A program made the position numbers and the translations under genes. This document shows, one piece after another, positions 59,280-64,000 of a stretch of DNA of 64,000 bases. Within the stretch, counting starts at the first letter, position 1. Every line of letters starts with the position of its first letter. Source of the DNA: Candidatus Hydrogenedentota bacterium (GTDB lineage Bacteria; Hydrogenedentota; Hydrogenedentia; Hydrogenedentales; SLHB01); the NCBI GenBank assembly GCA_045863335.1, contig BTVY01000010.1, positions 90,188-154,187 of the forward strand. Reading direction: 5' to 3'. The notes beneath the pieces are model-generated. The model had not been told where the DNA came from. It searched no databases and was given only the letters and a program-made list of their open reading frames with translations.

Positions 59280-60647
59280 TCATTTTTCAATCCCGTACTC
59301 TTTCATCTTGCGCCACAGTGTGGAGCGGGAGACACCGAGCTTTTTCGCGGCCTCGGTCTGATTGCCGTCGAGGCGGTCGAGGGCGCTGCGGATGAGTTGC
59401 GCCTCCATCTCACTGATGGTGGGGATGGATTCCGCCACGTAGTTCGGCAGGGCCAGCGTGGGCCGCGTGCCGGTGCGGACATTCTCCGGCAGGTCCTGGG
59501 CGCGGATCGTGTCGTCGTCCGCCATGATGACCGCGTGGGCGATGATGCTTTCCAGTTCGCGCACGTTGCCGGGGTAGGGATAGTTCCGCAACAGGGCCTG
59601 CGCCGCCTCGTCCACGTGGGCGATGTGCTTGCCATAGTCCGCGTTGCAACGGGCAACGAAATGGCGCACGAGATTGGGCAGCGCTTCAATCCGGTCCCGC
59701 AACGGCGGCACGCGGACCTGGATCACGTTCAAGCGGAAGTACAGGTCTTCGCGGAACTCGTTCGCGGCGACTGCCTTTTCGAGATCGCGGTTGGTGGCGG
59801 CAATGACCCGCACGTCCACCCGCATGCTCTTGGTGGAACCCACGGGGCGAATGTCGCCGTTCTGCAGCACGCGCAACAGCTTGGCTTGCGTGATAAGCGC
59901 CATGTCGCCCACCTCGTCCAGGAAGATGGTGCCGCCGTCGGCTTCCTCGAAGAGCCCGCGCTTGTCCGATTCCGCGCCGGTGAAAGCGCCCTTCACGTGC
60001 CCGAACATCTCGCTTTCCAGCAACTGCTCCGGCAAGGCTGCGCAGTTGATGGCGATGAAGGGCATGTCGCGGCGGCGGCTCATCCGATGGACGGCGTTCG
60101 CGAGCAGCTCCTTACCCGTCCCGCTTTCGCCGAGGAGGAGGACCGTGCTATCCGTGGGCGCGACCTTGGCCACCATCTCCAGCACGCGCCGCATGGCGGG
60201 CGACGCGCCGACCATGTTCTCGAAGAACCCTTGCTCGTACTGGTCGATGGTATCTTCGCTGGAAAGGTCTCGGAGGGCCTTGTTGACCACCAGGGCCACG
60301 TCCGACGGCGCGCTAGTTTCCGGCAAATAGAAGAAGGCCCCCTGCCGAATGCCCTCCAAGGCGCGGTCCAACTTCGTCATTTCAAAGAGCAGGATCAATC
60401 TGGAACGGGCGCTGCTCCGCCGGATAAAGGACACCAACTCCATATCCGCCTGGCGGCTCAGGCTCAAATCTAAGACAATGACATCAAACACTTTACGGCC
60501 AACCAACCGCAGCACACCCTTGGCGTCATGGCACTGCTCAACGGCATGGCCATGACTTTCCAGATGGCGCGCAAGCGTCGCGGCGTAGGGGACATCCCCA
60601 TGAGCGACCAGCACTTGCGGTCCCGTCGATTTCTTCTCGTTTCGCAT
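59280..60647 (-). CDS. Sigma54-dependent Fis-family activator (REC-like, AAA+, HTH)
   Basis: GESGTGKE, GAFTGA, FLDEVG, ATNRDL, REDLYFRL, PGNVREL, AA..LGVSRSTLWRK. Confidence 0.95.
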   Translation of the reverse strand: MRNEKKSTGPQVLVAHGDVPYAATLARHLESHGHAVEQCHDAKGVLRLVGRKVFDVIVLDLSLSRQADMELVSFIRRSSARSRLILLFEMTKLDRALEGIRQGAFFYLPETSAPSDVALVVNKALRDLSSEDTIDQYEQGFFENMVGASPAMRRVLEMVAKVAPTDSTVLLLGESGTGKELLANAVHRMSRRRDMPFIAINCAALPEQLLESEMFGHVKGAFTGAESDKRGLFEEADGGTIFLDEVGDMALITQAKLLRVLQNGDIRPVGSTKSMRVDVRVIAATNRDLEKAVAANEFREDLYFRLNVIQVRVPPLRDRIEALPNLVRHFVARCNADYGKHIAHVDEAAQALLRNYPYPGNVRELESIIAHAVIMADDDTIRAQDLPENVRTGTRPTLALPNYVAESIPTISEMEAQLIRSALDRLDGNQTEAAKKLGVSRSTLWRKMKEYGIEK

Positions 60648-60793
60648 CGAAACACCTCAAAATTAATCCAACCTCATTGTATCAAAACGAATCGCTCGAT
60701 TTATAGTCGCGGCGAAACAACGCGTCTTTCGAGCGAGCACGTTCAAGTCAGTGCCCACCTATGTAACTGCTGGCTCGAAGAAGAACCCCAAGA

Positions 60794-60952
60794 ACATCCC
60801 CCTTGATCCCCCTTCAAAGGGGGAAAATCGCGCAACACTCCGTAGAGTGTTGAAGTAGGGGAACAGATCAAGTCCGGAGCAGGGATACGCTTGAACACGC
60901 CGATGATTGCGCTTATGCACAATTCCCCCTTTGAAGGGGGATCAAGGGGTGT
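60794..60952. repeat. REPIN/MITE-like element, copy 2 (inverted arms, 97 bp core)
   Basis: ACATCCCCCTTGATCCCCCTTCAAAGGGGGAA ... TTCCCCCTTTGAAGGGGGATCAAGGGG. Confidence 0.8.
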
Positions 60953-61101
60953 TTTTCTTCCAATGACGCTCGGCGCTCCAGCTCGCACGACGCACTCTGG
61001 AACGGCAGAGCAGATGGTCTAGTACGGAGTAAGTTGCTTGATCTTCCATCGCCAGCGTGTACTATGGGGACTTCCGCAATTCCGGACAGGAGGGAGACCC
61101 C

Positions 61102-62595
61102 ATGCAGCAGATTCCATCACGACGTGAATTTTTGTGCCAGGCAGGCGTGGCCGCGGGACTGGGCGCGGCAGCCATGACGGCGGGCGCACAGGGAGCATCG
61201 GCCGAAGGCAAACGGCGCAACATGGTCTTTATTCTTATCGACGACATGCGCTTCGATTCCATGAGTTGCATGGGCCATCCCTTCCTCGAGACGCCGAACC
61301 TGGATGCCCTGGCAGCGGGGGGCATCATGTTCGACAACGCCTTCGTCACCACGTCGCTCTGTTCGCCGAGCCGGGCATCGATTCTGACCGGCCAGTACGC
61401 GCACAACCACGGCATCTTCGACAACAGCACGAATCTGCCCGACGACACGCCGACGTTTCCGAAGGAACTGCAGAAGTCAGGTTACCGGACCGGCTTCGCG
61501 GGGAAGTGGCACATGGGCGGGTCGAGCGACGAACCCCGGCCGGGGTTTGACCACTGGATGTCCTTCCGTGGGCAGGGTGTCTATAACGATCCCACCATCA
61601 ACGTGAACGGCAATCAGGAGAAGGTCGAGGGCTATGTGACCGATATCATCACGGATCACGCCGTCGACTTTCTCCAACAAGAAGACGAACGGCCTTTCTT
61701 CCTCTACGTGTCGCACAAGGCCGTGCACGCCGATTTCTATCCTATGGAGAAGTACAAGGGCCGCTACGCGGACAAGACCTATCCGCATCCGGAGTCCATG
61801 GCGAACACGGACGAGAACTACAAGGGCAAGCCGGAATGGGTGCGCGAACAACGAAACAGTTGGCACGGCGTGGACGGGATGTACAACGGGCGCGTCGATT
61901 TCGATCAGTTCTGCCTCGACTATGCGGAGACGATGATCTCCGTCGATGACAGCGTCGGACGTATCGTGAACACCTTGCGCGAACAGGGCCTGCTCGATTC
62001 AACCTTGCTCGTGTTCACCTCCGACAACGGATTCCTTTTTGGCGAACACGGGCTCATCGACAAGCGCTGCATGTATGAACCGTCCATTCGCGTGCCGCTG
62101 ATCGCGCATTGCCCGGAATTGTTCGAGGGCGGCCAGCGTAAGAAGGAAGTCGTCGCCAACATTGATTTCGCGCCGACATTTCTGGAGTGCGCAGGCGCGC
62201 CCGTGCCCGAGCAGGTGCAGGGTCGATCGTTCATGGACGTGCTCACGGGAACGGAAACCGGTTGGCGCGACGCGTTGCTCTATGAATACTTCTGGGAACG
62301 ATCCTTCCCGCAAACGCCGACCGTGCTCGGCGTGCGCACGGAACGCTACAAGTTCATGAAGTACCACGGCGTCTGGGACAAGTACGAGATTTACGACCTT
62401 CAGGAAGACCCTCACGAGATGAACAACCTTCTGGCCGATTTCATTCAGCACAACGAGGGTGGCCAACTCGACCAGTATATACGGCAGAATGCGCCGGACG
62501 ATGTGAAAGCGTTGTTCAACGATCTTGACGGGAAATTGAACGCGCTGCTCAATGAGACGGGGTGCCTCGCGGAGCCTTCCTGGCAAGCGAGGTAA
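61102..62595 (+). CDS. Tat-exported S1 sulfatase (N-acetylglucosamine-6-sulfatase-like)
   Basis: SRREFL; IDDMR, CSPSRASILTG, GKWH, HKAVH, SDNG, GEHG.IDKR; AGGAGG RBS. Confidence 0.92.
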   Translation: MQQIPSRREFLCQAGVAAGLGAAAMTAGAQGASAEGKRRNMVFILIDDMRFDSMSCMGHPFLETPNLDALAAGGIMFDNAFVTTSLCSPSRASILTGQYAHNHGIFDNSTNLPDDTPTFPKELQKSGYRTGFAGKWHMGGSSDEPRPGFDHWMSFRGQGVYNDPTINVNGNQEKVEGYVTDIITDHAVDFLQQEDERPFFLYVSHKAVHADFYPMEKYKGRYADKTYPHPESMANTDENYKGKPEWVREQRNSWHGVDGMYNGRVDFDQFCLDYAETMISVDDSVGRIVNTLREQGLLDSTLLVFTSDNGFLFGEHGLIDKRCMYEPSIRVPLIAHCPELFEGGQRKKEVVANIDFAPTFLECAGAPVPEQVQGRSFMDVLTGTETGWRDALLYEYFWERSFPQTPTVLGVRTERYKFMKYHGVWDKYEIYDLQEDPHEMNNLLADFIQHNEGGQLDQYIRQNAPDDVKALFNDLDGKLNALLNETGCLAEPSWQAR

Positions 62596-62603
62596 GACTC
62601 TTC

Positions 62604-63662
62604 TTAACGGAGTCCGCTTGCTACCGCGCCATTTGCCGGACCTCGAGTGAGGAGTTGGAGGCAGGCTTCGTAAGCGGCTTCCGGGGTGATGGCTTGCAGC
62701 CGTTTTCGCGCGGTGGCGAGATCGCAGGCGCCCAATTGGTTATCGGACAGGATAAGGTGCGGCTGTTGGAATGGGGCGTGCTGGCGCGGGTCTGTTCCGC
62801 CGAAGATAGCGACGACCGGAGTGCCCATGGCCCAGGCGATATGCATGGGCCCTGTATCGCCGCCAACATAGCAGTCTGCGCGGTAAAGCACCCAGGCCAG
62901 GTGTTTCAGGTCCGGCGTTTCCGGTCCCACAGTGGGCATGCGTTTTGCCCGGCTGATGACTTCGCGCACGACTTCCAGTTGGCCGGGTCCCCACGTGAGA
63001 ACAACCTCGAAACGTCCGTCGGCCAGCAGGAGATCCGACAACCGCGCGCAATGCTCGATGGGCCACTGTTTTTCCGGGCGGTCGACCGGCGCGTGCAAGG
63101 CAATGACCCGTTTGCCGCCGTCGAAGGTGGCCTCGAAGAAATCGTCTACCGTCGTTTGCACGTCAATGGGCACGCAGATGATGGGGTGGCCCCAATCGCA
63201 GTCCGGCAGCAACGCGCGGCACAAGAGATGGTTTTCCTCGCAGCGGTTCAGGATTTCCTTGGGCAGTCTTGCTTTCCGATTGGTGCAGAGGAAACTGCCT
63301 TCCTGACTGCGCGGCCGCGAGAATCCGACGCGATCCTTCGCGCCGGAGTACCACGTGAGGAGTCCGCTCTTCAGAATGCCGTGGAAGTCGAGGACGATGT
63401 CGTAATGGTTGTCGCGCACCGAGCGGCAGAGTCCCATGAACTCGCGGACCGCGTCGATAGCCTTCTTCGGGCGCTCAAAAATCAGTACGCCGTCCAGCGA
63501 GGGGTGGCCCTGAATGACTTCCACGGACTTGCGCTCGATGACCCAATCGAGATGCGCTTCCGGATAGGCGTCGCGGAGAATTTGGAGGACGGGAAGCACA
63601 CGGACCACGTCGCCGATTGCGCTGAGGCGGACGATCAATATCCGCGGCGAACCTCCGACCAT
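62604..63662 (-). CDS. Glycosyltransferase family 9 (LPS heptosyltransferase-like)
   Basis: ILIVRLSAIGDVV, KQWP, GGDTGPMHIA.A.GTP; ORF-track extension runs through tRNA-Ser and was trimmed. Confidence 0.92.
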   Translation of the reverse strand: MVGGSPRILIVRLSAIGDVVRVLPVLQILRDAYPEAHLDWVIERKSVEVIQGHPSLDGVLIFERPKKAIDAVREFMGLCRSVRDNHYDIVLDFHGILKSGLLTWYSGAKDRVGFSRPRSQEGSFLCTNRKARLPKEILNRCEENHLLCRALLPDCDWGHPIICVPIDVQTTVDDFFEATFDGGKRVIALHAPVDRPEKQWPIEHCARLSDLLLADGRFEVVLTWGPGQLEVVREVISRAKRMPTVGPETPDLKHLAWVLYRADCYVGGDTGPMHIAWAMGTPVVAIFGGTDPRQHAPFQQPHLILSDNQLGACDLATARKRLQAITPEAAYEACLQLLTRGPANGAVASGLR

Positions 63663-63756
63663 GGATGTGCCCTGGACCTCCCGGTTCCGATTGGAGGCGC
63701 CTGCGCCGGCGGGGGAACGTTCAAGTTGGCGTAGGCGCCGCAAACAAGGTGAAATA

Positions 63757-63848
63757 TGGCGGAGAGGGCGGGATTCGAACCCGCGGAACCCCGTTAAGAG
63801 TTCACACGCTTTCCAAGCGTGCGCCTTCAACCACTCGGCCACCTCTCC
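63757..63848 (-). tRNA. tRNA-Ser (anticodon GGA)
   Basis: GGAGAGG acceptor, TTGGAAA loop, long variable arm, GTTCGAATC, GCCA end; 92 nt. Confidence 0.96.
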
Positions 63849-63933
63849 CGGAAAGCCCGGTGGTATTCCACCGGGCGCAAACTCGGGATTCTAGTCCGCA
63901 AGCGGCGGCAAAGTCAATTCTACCGTGCTATTC

Positions 63934-64000
63934 TGTCAAGACTCTTTAGAAATGTCCTCTGGCTTAACTCGTTAGAAATGTCCTCTGTGTTTAGGAGTCA
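63934..64000 (+). mobile_element. Probable left end of an IS1202/ISNCY-type insertion sequence (truncated by window)
   Basis: TGT terminus, 16 bp direct repeat TTAGAAATGTCCTCTG at 63946 and 63972, AGGAG RBS-like motif at the window edge. Confidence 0.55.

Noticed and set aside
63663-63842. N-terminal extension of the GT9 ORF (MAEWLKAHAWKAC...)
   Set aside because: It is a translation of tRNA-Ser; the GT9 motif starts at 63662
63946-63987. Possible start of a CRISPR array
   Set aside because: A 16 bp repeat with a 10 bp gap is too short; fits IS subterminal repeats better

Overview
A 64 kb GC-rich bacterial chromosomal segment. Its gene style (Tat-exported sulfatases, BNR proteins, GH29, REP-rich intergenic DNA) suggests a PVC-like or Candidatus Hydrogenedentota-like organism; this is inference only. 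The core is housekeeping DNA: an L20-leader/infC(AUC start)-rpmI-rplT-hisA-tyrA-tmk-holB-PSP1-tatD run, nrdR/rsmD, cysE, tRNA-Lys(UUU) and tRNA-Ser(GGA). Carbohydrate- and sulfate-degradation, transport and regulatory genes are interspersed. Best candidates for undescribed biology: (1) a small lower-GC defence islet at 15770-17663 with a PUA/EVE-like Mrr nuclease, an unannotated protein with HhH-GPD glycosylase-like motifs, and an orphan HicB; (2) a PGM1-like ATP-grasp ligase coupled to an M20 hydrolase; (3) several REP/REPIN-like repeat families, including two ~160 bp elements with shared 32 bp inverted arms but different cores; (4) a pseudoknot-like RNA at 8065-8149; (5) a 30 aa membrane microprotein; (6) an NrdR-like box over the promoter of a LysM amidase; (7) a probable IS1202/ISNCY left end at the window edge. 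All calls come from motif reading by eye; no database searches were run.
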